This document shows, one piece after another, positions 13,758-28,109 of a stretch of 64,000 nt of DNA. The notes beneath the pieces are model-generated. The model ran no database searches, had not been told where the DNA came from, and saw only the letters and a program-made list of their open reading frames with translations. The translations under genes were made by a program, and so were the position numbers. Every line of letters starts with the position of its first letter. Positions within the stretch are counted from its first letter, which is position 1. The stretch comes from Raillietiella orientalis (lineage: Eukaryota). The DNA is taken from the NCBI GenBank assembly GCA_036172245.1, contig JAYWIR010000025.1, positions 1,116,001-1,180,000 of the forward strand, given 5' to 3'.

Positions 13758-16700
13758 TGCAAAGTTGCCTTCTGAAAAAAAAGGCTTGACAAAGGAAGAC
13801 GCGTTTGGTGACCTTGCTGTGAAGATACTTGAAAGACAGTTACATGCGTTGCGTTTCAAGTCTGAAATGTTTTTTTTTTGGCCTCATCTGAGGCTGTTGA
13901 GCTCACAGAATGGGTGGCCACCGATTTCTGAGCATCAGACTTCGTCAACGTTTCCGTACTGAGAGCAGCGCATCGCGGGCGATCCGTTCAGCACATGAGG
14001 TTCCTGTAATCTTCAGATCGGTTCACGAAACTCCCTGTATTCAATGTCCGTTCTCTGATTCTTAGTGGACCCCTCGATGCCAGGGACTATAGGGATGGCA
14101 GCAGCTGCAGATGCGAACGGATAATGTGGCTTCCTTCAATTCAGCTTTGCAGCTGAGTTGAATGTCGCTTGCAGGGATGCGTCCATGAAGACACTCACGT
14201 AGCATTTGCAACGGAGTGTCATCGAATTGTCACCGCATCCGTAATGGGAAGGACGATGACTCCATGCTGAAATCGTACCCTATTGGATGTTGACCTGGAA
14301 TCCAGAAACCTTAATCCAAAACTGCGGGACATGCCGCATTGAAAATAAAACACGCAGATGTCACCCTTGTGCTCCAGCGTCGAATGTCTGTGGTTACAGC
14401 GCTCTGCCTAGTGGATGGATGGGCTGTAAGTGGAGACGGAAACAGGGATAGATGCTTTCGGTTTGTGGTCTGGTAATGAAAGGAAGCGCTAAGCTGGAGC
14501 GACCCTGCATCCTTCATCTGCATCGTTTTCATGGTAGTGGGAATGCACGTGAGAGAACGATGCCGATTCGCCTGAAGAACAGCCGAAGTTTCCGAGGCTG
14601 GAGAGAACTAGGAAATCTCACTGCTGGCAAAGGCGATCAAGAGCATCGCACAGAGTACTGTATGGTCTCCATCAAACGTCAAGAACAGCAGAAAAAAATG
14701 AACTCAGTTGTCGTTGTTATTATTTTCATCTTCAACCAACGTCCAGTATTTCAAAAAGGGATTCCACCATCTTTGGCTTCCATCCCGCTCCTCCTCATAC
14801 AAATTTCATTTCACAGCCTTCCTCAGAATCTTTTCTTCCGCATTCCTCTCATCATAGGCCTTTCGGCCAATCAGCAATGCACGCACTATCGATTTCAGTG
14901 CCCTGACCAGCTTCGGAGGTTGGATCTTTTGGCATCAACAATGATGCAGCTCATTCGCCAGCTTGTACACACACGTCATCTCCGGTCCGGTGCACACTAT
15001 GAATACGCTGACCAGTCCTTTCGCTCATTCTTCTCATGCACCCTCGAACTCTCAACGAGGCACACCCCTCTCTGCTTGGGAGTTCAAAGATGGAAAGAGT
15101 CCTGGCGCTCGAATAGCTCGAATCTGACCTTCACCGCCGTCTTTACAAGGAACCGTTTGCTTTCGGTAGTTGGCGAAGATTTGAGTTCATCCCAAGCGAT
15201 GATTTGAGTGCCAAATCCGAGCTGTTGGAAACTAAAACTTTTCGCCACTTATCATCAACCAGGATGATCTTGCTCCAGGTTCATTGCGGATGCTCGATTG
15301 CTCCACTGCATTTCTCTCCTCCGCTTTCATGCGCCTTAAGGGAAACGGAAGACTGAGTCTAATCGCGAGTCCTCCAGATCTCATAAAATTCGGATCAGCG
15401 TTCTATTGAAAAAAAGGATTTGATTAGAAAGTGCGGACCAGCATGGCGTCCTATACGAGCTGTGCTCCTCGGAGCGAGTGGCCCGCCCGGGTTTTGTGGG
15501 ATGATGCTTTTCATTATGAAACGTAAGCACTGTCCGTTGCGTAACTCCGGTTCCTGAAGGAATTTCTTTCCCATGGTCGCTTGTAGGAGAACCAGTCGTA
15601 AGGGGTTGCGTCCGCTTAAGACCTCTTAACAGTGGGTTCTCTCACTACCAGGCACACTTCCTCTGCTAGCAATTTTCCATCCTCTGCTGCTCACATGGAA
15701 ACGGAGTGTTTGCTTAATAAAGAGAGGCCTTGCGAAGTGCTTCGAATGCTGAAAATGACGTCATCCTTCATCATCTGATGCATTCTGTGGCACAAGCACT
15801 GCTTTCCTTTAGGGACGCGGGAGCAGGTGTTGCTTCACGTTTCCCCAGTTGCCGAAACGTGAAGCATGCTTACAGAGAATGTGCGCGTCTCTGCCTCTCA
15901 TCCTGTTGCCAAGCCTTTCCCACTTCTTTTTCTTCCAGCCTTGTGCTTTCGTCCCTTCTCAGGAAGCGAGGACTTGTTCCCGCGTATTTCCTTTGCTCTC
16001 TCTCAGTTGAAATCTACGGCTAAACGGGAGCTGAGTTCACCTTTCATAAAGCGGACACTTCAAAAACGGGAAGGTTCTGATGCAGTGAAGAATGAAAGAC
16101 AGAGAGACACGAATCAGTGTTTTAAAGTAACGTTTGTCTGTTTTTTTTTTGTGTGTTTTTTGTTCGCAGCTTGAAAGAGAAGCAGGCAATATAGCCTGCT
16201 AACCGGATCACAAAGTGCAAAAGCAAGGAAACGAAGTGTTACTGAAGTCGAACACCACCATTCCCGTTGGTGGCCTGCACTTTCAAAAGTATTATCTCAA
16301 GAATCAAAAACCATTTCCGTCCATGAATTTGTGTTTTTGATCCCGAGAGCAACGTCAAACGAGCCGCGTGCACTTTCCGAATCATCGTGATAAGTGTTTC
16401 ACTTAATAGATGGCAGGACTATACCCGCAAGTTTGTGGTCTGCTACTGGCTTTCGCTGCTGCGTCCGCCCGTTCGTTTGTGGCCACAAAAAAAAAAAAAA
16501 AAATGCAGAGACGTGATTTAGATGAGGTACGAGGCCCCAACTTCATTAACATTGCACATGCATGCGCATGAAAATCACTAAAGAATGAGTTAAGAAAGGA
16601 AACGTGCCATTCTATTCTTTCGAGCTCAATCTTCCGTATGGAATTTACCAGAAAGAAATTCCCCCAGGAAGATTCACGGTCCTCTGAAATTTTGTGCTCA

Positions 16701-17453
16701 GCGAGACCACCACCACCCTTCCCAAGCTCTTTATCAATCGGTTCCTTGGGTGCGCACAAAACAACGGTTCGGTTTGATGCTTGGAAACTGGTTGAGTAAT
16801 TAACTGCCTTTAAGTGAATCTCATCGAGTCTTTTCTAGAGAAGGTACAATCCGCGTCCAAGCGATTTTCTTTTAAGGCCGAGAAACTTAGAAAGAGATAA
16901 TTTTTCCCTGTGTGCATCATTGCTTCTGAAATTTCCAGTTTCAGCATTTCCTTCCTCATCACTTCATGATTTTTCGTTTTTACTTATTTGCGTTCGATGC
17001 GTGGCTTTTGACCTCCGGTCTTGCATCTTTTGTGCTGAGATACTAAAAGTTAAAGATACAGCAAACGCCATCGTAAGTGTCAAGTCAGCAGCAGCGTGAC
17101 GGAGGCAAGCGTCTCCAGATCGGTTGACCTCATTGAGTCATATACTTCGTGGAGATGGCTATCTGTTGTGAGTGCCGGGACGAATGGTGGATTAACAAGA
17201 AAATCTGCTTGACGGGAAGTGGACTACAAGGATCACGACTTCTCCTTCCGGGAAACCAGAGTGTGAAGCATTTCCAGCTGCTATTTCGCTTTCCATCTGC
17301 TTCGATTTGTTCTGCATGCAGCGGAAGAAGAAATTTCGTTCTACTCTGATTCCTCTGGTAGTCTTCACTCGTTGGTGCGCATCTTCTGATGGAGATGAAG
17401 GAAAGATCGCGCAGGCTCGTCTGTTTACGCCCTCTGCATCGCTCTTCATTTTC

Positions 17454-18800
17454 ACCCGCTCACGCCGGGTCGTTAATTTGCAAAAAAAAAAAAAAAAACA
17501 GTCACATAAAACAAAAATGTCTTCCTTCGTGGTGGAGGCGCTGTTTCTCGCGATCAGCCCCCCGACGAGGTCTTCAGAGAAGTCAGGAAAGGGGTAAACA
17601 AAAACAAAAAAAAACACACACAAAGGTGCAGTTTAAAAATACGCTGGGGGGAGGAAAGGAACACAAATTCCTTCCTGGCATCCTCAGCATCCTCTGGAGG
17701 ATTTTGGCAACTTCCTCCCTTCGCTGGCAGAGATGTGGCCACCCTGTCACCTTACTGGTGAAGGAGCAGATGATTGCCACGACCTCACCGTTCAACTGGC
17801 TTCTTTCGGGGCGGCTTCTTGCCACCACGAAGACAGCACAGAGCTGCAGGCAACATTGCGTCGCGCGCTAAGAGGCACCGCAAGGCCATCGCGACTGGGA
17901 GGGCAATTCCCAGACGCTCAGGATGGCAACACAATCCATCAACAGGTGCGGGAAGGTTTCTTGTTCCTCGCACCTGGCGCAGTCTGGGACTGCACTCCAC
18001 CTCGTCCTCTGGTGGACTCGTGCGTTGCATGGGATCGCACAGTGCAACCACTGCGAGGCCGAGTCCTGCCACTTCAGGGGAAGCGTGGATCTCTCCACAA
18101 ACACTGGGGGTATTTCTGCCTCTTCAGGAGGAATGTCCAGGAGCTCCGCCCATCGAAGAATTCCTTTGGGGAGGGAGGTGAGGGTGCATATGTCAGTCAG
18201 CTGACACACCGTCCAGCATCCCAGATGCTTCTTCTTTCCCGCGATCTCGCAGGATACTTCCCATCTTGCAAGGCCATCGCCATGCCCACTTTGTTGGATT
18301 GTGTTTAGCGTGGCTGCAAGTGGGGTATCCCGTGCCCAGGCGGCCTTCCTTGGGCAGTCCATGCTTTCCTGCAACGGGAAGCGAGCATCATTCAGGAATC
18401 GCAAGCATAGCGATCGCTCCGGACTCGTGCAGTCTCTTTCCGCCCACACCTGACCGTTTCCTGTTTCCAGACACTACCGTCGGCACCTGTTAACCTAGAC
18501 CGAGGCGAACACCTGCCGGAGCTGGCATCCGCATCGGGGCAACCCTCGGTGGCCATGCACGAGGAGCACACCGAGTCCCTTGGGGCCGGCCGCTCCCTTG
18601 GCCAGGAGTCCGGCAGGGACGCCCAATGGGAGGTCCAGAACTTCGCCGCTAGTGGTAATCTTCTACACTGGAGCTCTACCCTCTCCAGAGTAAGGGCTCC
18701 GGGTCCGGCGTCCCGACGCGGCGCGCACGAGTCTGTCCAGCAAATCCGGAATCGCTCTCTGTACGAAGCATCGAAGTCTTCGATGGTCACATCAAAACCA
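17454..18800 (-). mobile_element. 5'-truncated L1/Tx1-like LINE (post-RT region, zinc finger, 3' UTR)
   Basis: CAPRRDAGPGAL...LAAKFWT and LPLKWQDSASQWLHCAIPCNAR...PDCARCEEQETFPHLLMDC (ORF 17868-18449). It has a T-rich 3' UTR and the terminal motif at 17454-17479. Confidence 0.85.
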
Positions 18801-19989
18801 ATGTGGAAGTTTCCTCTTCTGCTTCACCATGTCACGAGTTCCCTGATGAGAATCCGATGTTTACCCTGGAGCGTGGGCAAGAAATTCTTTTAGACTGCAG
18901 GCATGGGTTGATTTTTTCCTTTTTTTTTATTTATGATTCTTTTAGCCAGTTCTGTTTTCGCCTCATCCGTCATCATGAGTCCTTCTACGTCCACGTGAAT
19001 CGCGGATTTGGTCCACGGGCTTCATTAAGGGAGTTGCTTCTGGAGCATCCGCTGCCGTGTTTTCCTGCTGCTTTCTTTCGCCTTCAGGCAGATCTGAAGA
19101 TGCCGACCGCTCCTCTGCTGGTCTTGCAAAAACCACGGCTGGGGATGCATGCCCTCGTCGGTCCCCGGAGCCAAAGCGCCTTGCTGGCATCAAATAGGGA
19201 GTTTCCTGTCTCCGAAACGGGAAAGGGGAAGGGGATCTGGGGAGTGCTGCCTCTGGCGTCTTCTTCTGGAGCAGCCCTCTCCATCGCGCTCTTCGGACTC
19301 AGCGTGCTTTCCCGGTTCCATCCACACCGGCGGTTCCGGAACTCGGTGCCATCTGCAACGGACCCTACTTTCTTATATTTTTTTTCACCAGAGGGGGTGG
19401 AGGGAGGAATGGGATTGAAGGAAACCGCCGGGAGTTAGAAATCCACCAGACTGTCGGGATTTCGAGGCCGAGGGAAGCTGGCTGTGCCTCACCCCACCTC
19501 CCCAGGGAGGAAGGGAGTTGCCTCATCGTTTCCTCAGCCTCGTAGTCCCCAAGATCTTGAGACGAAGCCGCGAGATGGGTCCCTCGTCCCTCGTGAGGCT
19601 GCAGCACTCTCGACTTGAATCCCAGGATTTGGGGATCGGCAGGAGAGGTCGGCCTGGAACTCGTCCCGTTTATGGAGTTGCGTTCATGGTACCGCAAAGC
19701 GGAGGATTTCGAGGATGAGGGCGGCGCCGTGAAGGAGCATCTCAGGAGCCTTCCAGGATCCAGAAGGAAAAGGGAAGAAAGATAAAGAATTCTTGGATGG
19801 AGGCGAAGCTGATCAGTCATACACGCGGTCCGGAGGCTGAGAGAAAGGGAAAATCAGCGAACCCTGCGGGATTTTCTCAGGAAAGGATTGCCGGAGGATA
19901 TCGAGGTGGGTGAACGTGGTGGGACAGGATCGAGGTGAACGGGCGCGTCCGCACTTCAGGAAGGGGTGGAGTGGGGTGATAGGTCAGCG

Positions 19990-20200
19990 CCATGCCTGAT
20001 GGGTGCCGCAGATGCGGAAGAACCCTGGGCCGCATCTTCATCGCCGCATCTCTGCCACCTCGAACCTCTAGCGTTTTGGTGGGGAGTCGTACGGTAAAAA
20101 GCTGCTCCCCCTCTTTCTACAAAATCCACGGGGCTACCAGGATGTCTCTTCCCCCTCCCTCCCATCCACCCCTTTTTTGTTTTTGTTTTTTTTTCCCTAT
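19990..20200 (+). mobile_element. Possible LINE 3' remnant
   Basis: DGCRRCGRTLGRIF resembles the zinc finger. It is followed by the tttttgttttgttttttttccc tract seen in the other LINE 3' UTRs here. Confidence 0.3.
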
Positions 20201-20217
20201 GGGCTCCACAGAACCCA

Positions 20218-20650
20218 ATGTGGGAGAGCTACCCACGTGACGTCCATCGTTTTCAAAAGAGAGACAGCGTGGGCGCCGTCTGGAAGTCGAGGGGGATTCT
20301 TCTGCAAGAGACGGCATGCGCGTGGTCCCTTGAAGGAGAGGAGGAGGGAGAAGAGGAAAACCCGCGGCGAGAATTCCGCGAAGGGAGCTGCGCGCACTCA
20401 CCGATTTTCTGCACCTCGGCACCATCTGACCGCACTCCAAGGGGACCCCGCTATTCCCTGGCAAACCGCTTCCTGCCGAATACACACGTCGGTTTCCTGC
20501 AACTTCAAGCTCTGCCCGAACCCGGGCTTTCAGGACCCCCTCCTCCGAAGTCACTCCGCAAGCTCCGCGGCGGCGGCCTCTCTGGGCGTGACCGCGGAGA
20601 CCGCGAGCGGTCCGCAAGACTCGCTCGGACCTTCCCCGCCGCCCTTTTGT
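20218..20650 (+). mobile_element. Possible AP-endonuclease (LINE ORF2 N-terminus) remnant
   Basis: RFQKRDSVGAVWKSRGILLQET resembles the APE motif KR..V....DIxxLQET. Confidence 0.4.
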
Positions 20651-23600
20651 GAAACGCGACGATGGTGAACAGGAAGTTCGAAGGAAAGCAAAACAGGGAG
20701 CGTCCGAAAGGGACCGAAAGAAGTCATCCGTCGGCGAATTCCCGGACAATGAAACGGGACCATTGTCTGGGATAACGGTAGCTAATGATAAGAAACGGAG
20801 TCCCCGGCTTTTGTCCTTGGGTTCCTTTATTCGGAGAACTCCACGACTTACGATTTCCTGTTCCGGAGGCGAGGGACCGGTTCTCCCTGCCTTCGAATTC
20901 CTTAACCGCACGTTGCATTCCTTGGATTCTGAGTTTCTGTAAAAAAAAGAAAAGGAAGGAGGGGGCAGGGAAGGAAGAGGGAAATTCAAGGGGGACGTCC
21001 TCGTGGCCGAGTAGCAGGTGAGCTCGACGACCACGGACCTCGGGATACTGTTCGAAGATGCTCTCAAAGCTCCGCAGGAGACGAGGTGTATCCCGTTTCT
21101 TCGTTCCGGAATCTCCGGAAAAGCAAAACTTTTGCGCCTCCCCAAGAGAGGGCAGGAGCAAGCGCAACGGAAAAACATAAAAAAAAATAAAAAAAGGAAA
21201 TCACCGGTCTCTGTAAAAAGGCTCGGTACATTGAAGATCTGGATCATTAGTGATGGTGTCTAAGGAGGAGCCCGCTGTTCCAGAAAGCCAGAAATGAAAT
21301 TTCCCCTCTCTTTGCTCCTAACTCTGAATGAGCTCCATGAGAACTGAATCCACCGAGCGTTCAAATGGACCAGAGTTCTTCGAGTGGCGCCTGGACTCGC
21401 ATGTGCGCACCGAGTAGGAAGCTTGCGGGATGCAAGTTTCGTGAAGAGGGGGAGAGCGAGAGGCGAAATATAGATCACAAGCCTGGTCATCGAATTCTCT
21501 ATCGAACTAGCCACCGGTGTAACTCACCAACATTCACCATTAGCCAATCAACGAAAATATGGAATAAATAACGCAGCTTTACTTCATGTAAAAAACAAAT
21601 GTCCGCAGGTGAAGTACAACTTCGTACCGATGCTGCACAACAGGAAAACTCATCCCTAATGCCATCTGTTTCAGTTTTCCCGTTAAAGAAAGAGTTCTTT
21701 AGATGGCGTATAGAGGGTGCACATCTTTCATCATTCGCCCGCAGAAGCTTCGAAACAGCCTCTACTTTCGTGTCCGGTTTGTGATACTGCTTGAATCACG
21801 GTCGGACATTGCATTTTTTCTTTTTCCCATAGGAATGTCAGATGATTCAAGAAGGCTTTCAGAAGACTGCCGAATGCCAAAGAACAAATTTAAATTCGGG
21901 AAGAATAAAATTCGAAAATGGCGGAGGGAACTCGAGGCAAAAGTCACTATGTCTTCCAGAGTTTCAAGATCAAAAAACATAACCTAGACTACAGCGTACA
22001 TGAGAAACAACTGCTACGGTTAAGATCATGCAAGGAAAGAATTTTGTCATCGTCAAATGGGAAACGAAGAAGGATGACAACCACTAATACTAGTAGTCAG
22101 TCTTTGTGACCAGGGTTCAACAAGATGTTCTATCCACATTAGGTGCTATGCAACGGGTTGACGGTGTAGAAGGCAGTTGGCAAGTGCAAGGATTTCAGCT
22201 TGAATCCATATTTCCAGATGTGATTCAGAGAAGCACGTGGAGCAATTCTCGCTAACAAGAAGAAAATGGCATCGGTCTTGGTCCAATTACAGTCATTCGA
22301 GCATATATGACGCTAAGGTTATCCAAAAATGCAACTCTCAAGGTGAAGAATTGCGGCCAACCGCTTATTCCTCGAGCATGGAAAACTGTGGACAGCCACA
22401 TGGAGAAGGTTCGTCATGCGGTTGTCTTCATTGGAAGGAACTGGCGTTTTTCTTCTACCATCTTTTGTCGGCCTCACTTGATTTTCCGAGCATCTCTTGG
22501 ATTCAAGTGAGCATCCGATGTTTACCTGCGTAAGGAAGCCAGTTAATTTGGAAGATGAAAAAGAAAAGATGGATGCAAACAATCCTGATATCAAAGCAGC
22601 ATTCCGTCTGGTTTTTTCTCCGCGCTAGACGAGAGCTAACTGAAAATCGAGCTGATTGAGTGCCACACCTCTGACTCTTGGATGGGGCTGCGCTGGTAGA
22701 AAATCTCAAGCGCTCTTGCACGCTTCCTCACAGGCAAATCTCTCGCGAGGAAGAGTAGTCGTTTTGGAGAACAGGCGATCAGCTCGCCTCCTTTCGTCCA
22801 CTACTGCGAAACCGAAGACTTCGACGGCTGCGAGTTTTGCATCTGTAATCCTCGCTAGAGCAAGGGAAAAATGCAAGAGGTGTTGCGTCTCGAAAGTCTT
22901 CTGCCTCTCTCGTTTGCGCCTGTGGTGCTTGCTCCCGTTCTCCATCTGAAGTTCCGGTTCCGAAAAAACCGAATGCCGGAACAAGTTGGCAGAGAATTCG
23001 TACGTGCATGGAAGTTTGGGTGCTGTGAGCGTCAAAGAAGGTTTCCCTGCTGACTCATTTCCGAATGGTGCTGTGAGTTGTGAGGAAATGAAAATTTTAT
23101 CACGTGGGTGGCTTCGGGGATCGGTGGTTTCTTCTCAGTGCGTAATTTTATGGTTGTGATGCATGGCTCCTGGCTCCCGTCAAAAAATCACACCTTTCGA
23201 AAACATCGGAGGTCAGAAGAAAGCATGGATTGACACGCACACCCTTGCTTCGACTGACTCCATCCGATCCAGATCGTTGCCACCCGAATCGTCCCAGTCG
23301 CATAAAAAACGCATAGGTTACGAATGCACACCAAGTCATAGTTCCTGAGCACACCGTGGCCACCACACCCTCTTTACGCAGACTGTGCAGGGCTGTGAGG
23401 GAGTCCATCTCCCATGGCCTGCCATAGAGAAAAATTCCTGCTTCTTTCACTGTTGCCAGACGCTTATCCGAGCGTGCGCTCCGTCCCTGGACGTGAACTA
23501 ATTCGAAATCAATTCAGACTGAAAGAGTGCGGTTTTTTCGTGAGGTTATCGTGGCCTGCGGACGGGAATTATCCTGGTTCCCACTCGATGAGGAGCTTCA

Positions 23601-25504
23601 ATGTTACCCGAGTTCATTACCTCAAAAAAAAAAAAAACGTCTTCATCGTGATGCCCATTTCTCAGTTGTCAGGGATTTCATTGCTGCTCTTTCTTTTTTT
23701 TTCCCCCTTTCTATTGGGATACTGCGCACACATCGGAGGAATTGAGGAGTTTCCGAAATGCAATGGAATCTCCTTATCCTCTCTGTGTGCCGCTCAGACA
23801 CACAGGTTGGGGAGATCAACCAGCCGTTGCAGGGTGGGCCACTTTTATCAGGCAGTTGCTGAACACAAGTTCTTCTTTTCCTTTTCTGAGATTGAAAGAA
23901 GGTTTCTTTTTGATCGATGGTTCATGCAGGACTTGCACGTGCTGCATGCACCACAGGTTGGTCACCCCTGGTTCGCAGCAAAATGACTCATCAGCTGGAT
24001 GCTTCAAGCTCTTTCGCAGTGCCGTCAGGGGCTCCTTCAGTCCGTACATGTTCTCCTTCTGATGTTTCCTTTTGAAGCAAAGCATCCGCATCAGTTTTGC
24101 CGAGTCCATCAAGACTTTAGAAATAGGCACTTTTCTCCAGACACGGGCAGCGTATTTGCTTGCAGATTTTCTCATCTGAAGTGCATGCGGCTGGCATTCT
24201 CGATCTTTCCAGATGCATCTTCGGAGTTACGAGCCAGAGCAATGTATGATTCCATACATTTTTATGAGGAAGAAGAATTTTTCATCTGTGTGTTTCTTCA
24301 GCAAACCTGCTGTCTCCAAACTTGGTTGGGAATATTCCTTTGCCGGAGCCTCCGAAAATTGCCTGATTTACTCTCGAAGTGTTTCCTTCTTCCAGCCTCC
24401 ATATATCTGCATGTGGGAGTCTTGGTGTGCTCGAAAGAATGGCACAGGGTATTTCCATGAGAAACAGAGGCCAATAAGCTTGCACAGTGCTCTGGCATTT
24501 GATTTCTATTTGGGAGCTCTTGATCATCAGCAGCAGACAGCAACTGAATTTTCTTCTACGTACATGGTGCCAGGTAATACCTTCGGTTTACCACCTCTTC
24601 ACTTGGCCTGCAATATGAGTGCTCACAAAATAAGTCACTTTGTGATCACTTACTTCCCTTATAAAAACAATCTGTTTGCATTGCATTCGGGAGGTCCATA
24701 TCTTTAATGATTAGTAAATGCTAAATCAGTACGACTTTTATTTTGGTGAGATGAAAGCGCAATCCAAACGGATTCGTCAACGGTTGTAAGAAATGAACCT
24801 CTAAAATGAGGATTGATTAATAAGTTTAGCCATTTCATTTGCATTCCTTGACAAAGATAGTTTCTTGCGAATTAATTATCTACAGAGCCGTCGATACGAT
24901 ATCGAACTGTGCCGCCATGTTGAAAAAATCATTGCTTCTTTGAGCAAAAACTCAGTCAAAGATGTTGTCTCCTCATGCCAGTAATTCTTTCTACTAATAA
25001 TTCTAGAAAAAACCTGATTTCATTTGGAAGACTCTGTGCACGCTGACTTTCATTCCTGACCTTCCTTAGTGCCTTAACGTGAACTCTGCACGATTTGTTC
25101 TCGAAGTTGTTCCGAGCAAGTTTTGTATTCCAATATCTTGTAGATATCGTACATGAGAAGAGAATTGAGTTTTTTTTTTTTTTTCCTACGCAAATTCATC
25201 AGGAGGCTGTCGATCTGTGAATCGAGTTGCGTCTATTCATCTGGAGGATGTTCAGGAAAAATTACTACGAAAGAGCCTATCATTTACAGCACTTGAAGAA
25301 AAACAAAGTCGAGCAACTATGCCAACGGTGCGTACTGAATGGTGAGACATCTGTTCAATGTTTCTTCAACCACAAACCTTCCATTATTATGAAACATTTA
25401 AATGTCTGAAAATTCCTCTCTGATACCCTCGCCCTCATCATAGATAACAGTGGGTAGAACAACGTCTTCTCCTACCTGCTCTCGTGATTGGGGCCGAAAA
25501 AAAT

Positions 25505-25711
25505 CTTTCTGCAAAAAATCTTACAAGAAGATGTGTCTTATGTTTCTCGTGCTGCAACAAATGATGCATTTGAAGGACGATCACGCCCCACAAAGCTACC
25601 AGTACACGAAACATGTCTGCATTGGCATTCTAAAGACGACATGCGGCTCTCAAATCAAAGAATCAGGAACAAATTTTATACAGTAAGAGGAAGAAAGGAA
25701 TATAAGTTCCT
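25505..25711 (+). repeat. Donor of a ~200-bp segment copied into SINE copy 2 (28424-28623)
   Basis: agatgtgtcttatgtttctcgtgctgcaacaaatgatgcatttgaagga...ggaagaaaggaatataagttcct is shared, with scattered substitutions and a constant offset of 2912 bp. Confidence 0.95.
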
Positions 25712-28109
25712 TAGAAGAGCTGTCTGACTCAGTATAGAATTGGCATGTTTCGGGATAAAGATATCTTCAGCTCAAAAATGGCATTACCCAGTCGATTTTC
25801 GATATCTATTAACAGCTGTTTTCGGCAAGGCTGCTAGGCAAAGTTCATGCTCTGCCTGTAGTCTGGATAGCGCTTCCAGTCAAACTGTATAGAAAATTTC
25901 ATGGATCATGAATAATAAAAGTGCATATAAGCAGAGGAAGAGAGTGGTTTTCGCAGTATCCCTCCGCATTTCCTCTCCAATCTCTCCTGCGACTTCCCGA
26001 GGTTCTTCCATTACGGGCGGTGTTTCCAGTAGGCGGCCTGGAAAGCAGTGCATCTTCGAGCGCACCATTTCTTTTCTGATGCGCTCTTCTTTCTTCCCGG
26101 TGTTTTTCTTGGATCCCAGAGATCCTGCAACAATTGCCCTTGTAGCACCGGGCACACCTTTAGCGGAGAATGGAAAAGCCAGTTCCCTGGACACGCACTC
26201 ACCTACTTCTGTCATGCTCCCGCCAGCATTATTGAAGCATCCTTTGCTTCCCCTTCTGAAGCATTTGATCTGGCTCAACTTTGAATTTGTTCCCTGAAGG
26301 CTCTGGTCGGCAGTCATCAACTCCCAGAGTCTAAGGGTAGCCATCCGCACCTTCATCACCAGGGTGTGGTGTGTGCCTCTCTGTGACGTTCGTCTGGCTG
26401 CTGACTCACCTGTTGCGGATGCAACCAAGAGAACCTTCCCGTCTTTCGCACCTTCTGCACAGAAATTTTCTTTCTCGGTGTGCACCAAAAGTGGAGCCCG
26501 GAAACATGATCTTGGAAGGTACTTCTCCTTCAAACGTCCGTCCTATCTCGATCCTCCCAACCCTTGCCTGCCCTGTCCAGGTACCTCCAATTCCATTGCC
26601 GCATTTGCTCCCTTCCCGCTATTCTAGCCGTCTAAAACAGGCTTCCCAATAAGAGAACGAAACCTTCAAGATAGATCAAAGATGGCAATTTTTTTTTTTG
26701 CTGTTTCGAGGGTTTCTCCAATGCTCTTCCTTAAATCTGCTACGAAGGTGGGAAAGTTCAGGGTCGATTGCGTATCCTGAGAATCTGCATACCGGGCATT
26801 TGTGGGTTCTGATCTTGAGAATTCACTCCTCGGTTTCACTTCTTTCCTACTGAACCCGCCGCTTGTTCCCTCAGCCCTTGTCACGACTGTCCTTGGAATT
26901 CACATGGCGGGTGTGTGTCAGACCACCGGAGCGAGAAGAAGAAGAAAAAAAAACAACAATTCGGAAGGATGGAGCTCGTGGGCACCACGCTGACATCATG
27001 ATATGGAGCAGTTTCCTTTGGTTGTCAACCGTAACTAGCTGCTCGATATTACATTGTGCCATCTACCGCTCAGTTATTACTCCATCCACATTTTATTGCT
27101 TCTTTGGAAGAGTCCAAGTTATTCGCGAATGCAAACACAAACGGGGAGTCTTCGACGTCATCGATCCTTGATTTAATCAAAGCTGACAAACAATGGCAAG
27201 CAGATCAATTCAGCGAGAGGCACACACGGGCAGTGCATTCATCTGGTCGGAGCCGAAGGCATTCAGGCCTTCAGAATGCGTGAACACGTTGAAACAAAGG
27301 GAAGAGAGAGAGAAAAAAAAATCATATCCTAGAAGCGAACCCTTCAGCTGGGCAGAGCACCTCTTGTTTCCGAGGAGCCAGTTGCTGAAAGAAGTAAGAA
27401 TCTTGCCAGTGAATCCTGAAGGAGCACTGCGAAAACGGGAGGATCAAATCTGTCATGACAAGATCCGTTCCCATGGTAAGCTGCCTCGGAGCATTCTAGA
27501 TGGATGCTCGGAGCTTCTCGACTTCCAAGCCCGAGACTACTGGCGGTGAGAGTTTCCGTCCTCATCAAGCCGTTCCTTCGAACGCAAAAGGACGAGGAAT
27601 CGATGCGCTCCGGAGTATCCCAATTGAACCTCTTCTTCACCTTTCATGCAGCTGATTATACTTTTAGATGTTGGCGAATAAGGGGACTTGGCCAGGAGAA
27701 CAGCATCTCAAAAATTCCTTCGGCTAGTAGGTCCCTTACTCGTTCCAATTACTTGGAGTTCCCCCGTCTGGAGATCTGAGAATGAAAACGGGATTAAGGA
27801 GATGGCTGCTCGGAGCTATCCTGGAGGGGGAGAAACAGAAAGTTTCTTTCAAGCCGTATGGATGCCCGACCGAAGGCCTCATTCCTGTTGAAATCTTGCA
27901 GAAATTTCATTATTCCCATTTTCAGAGGATTTCGAGATCCTTTGAACGGCTGTTAGTCCAGACGGAGCGGGAGCGAACGTGTGCTATCACAAGATCATGC
28001 CGAGATGGGGTAGGAACTACGTCTTAGACAGGAGATTGCTGCAAGAAGTATTCGTGAGGAGATTCCTGAGCGCATCCGAAAGGATGTCGTCGTCAGTTTT
28101 CGAAATTCA

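Noticed and set aside
20117..21247. Longest ORF (376 aa, minus strand)
   Set aside because: It runs through poly-T tracts and antisense to repeat remnants, has low-complexity R/S/P/F composition, and shows no domain.
21940..22030. FQSFKIKKHNLDYSVHEKQLL, resembling Ty3/gypsy RNase H
   Set aside because: A single short motif with no RT, integrase or LTR nearby.
23700..26530. Decayed host-gene-like ORFs (e.g. 25880-26533)
   Set aside because: Protein-like stretches only, with no recognisable family or intact frame.
27056..27110. PSTAQLLLHPHF, resembling a kinase C-terminus
   Set aside because: No upstream kinase motifs (HRD, DFG, APE) found.
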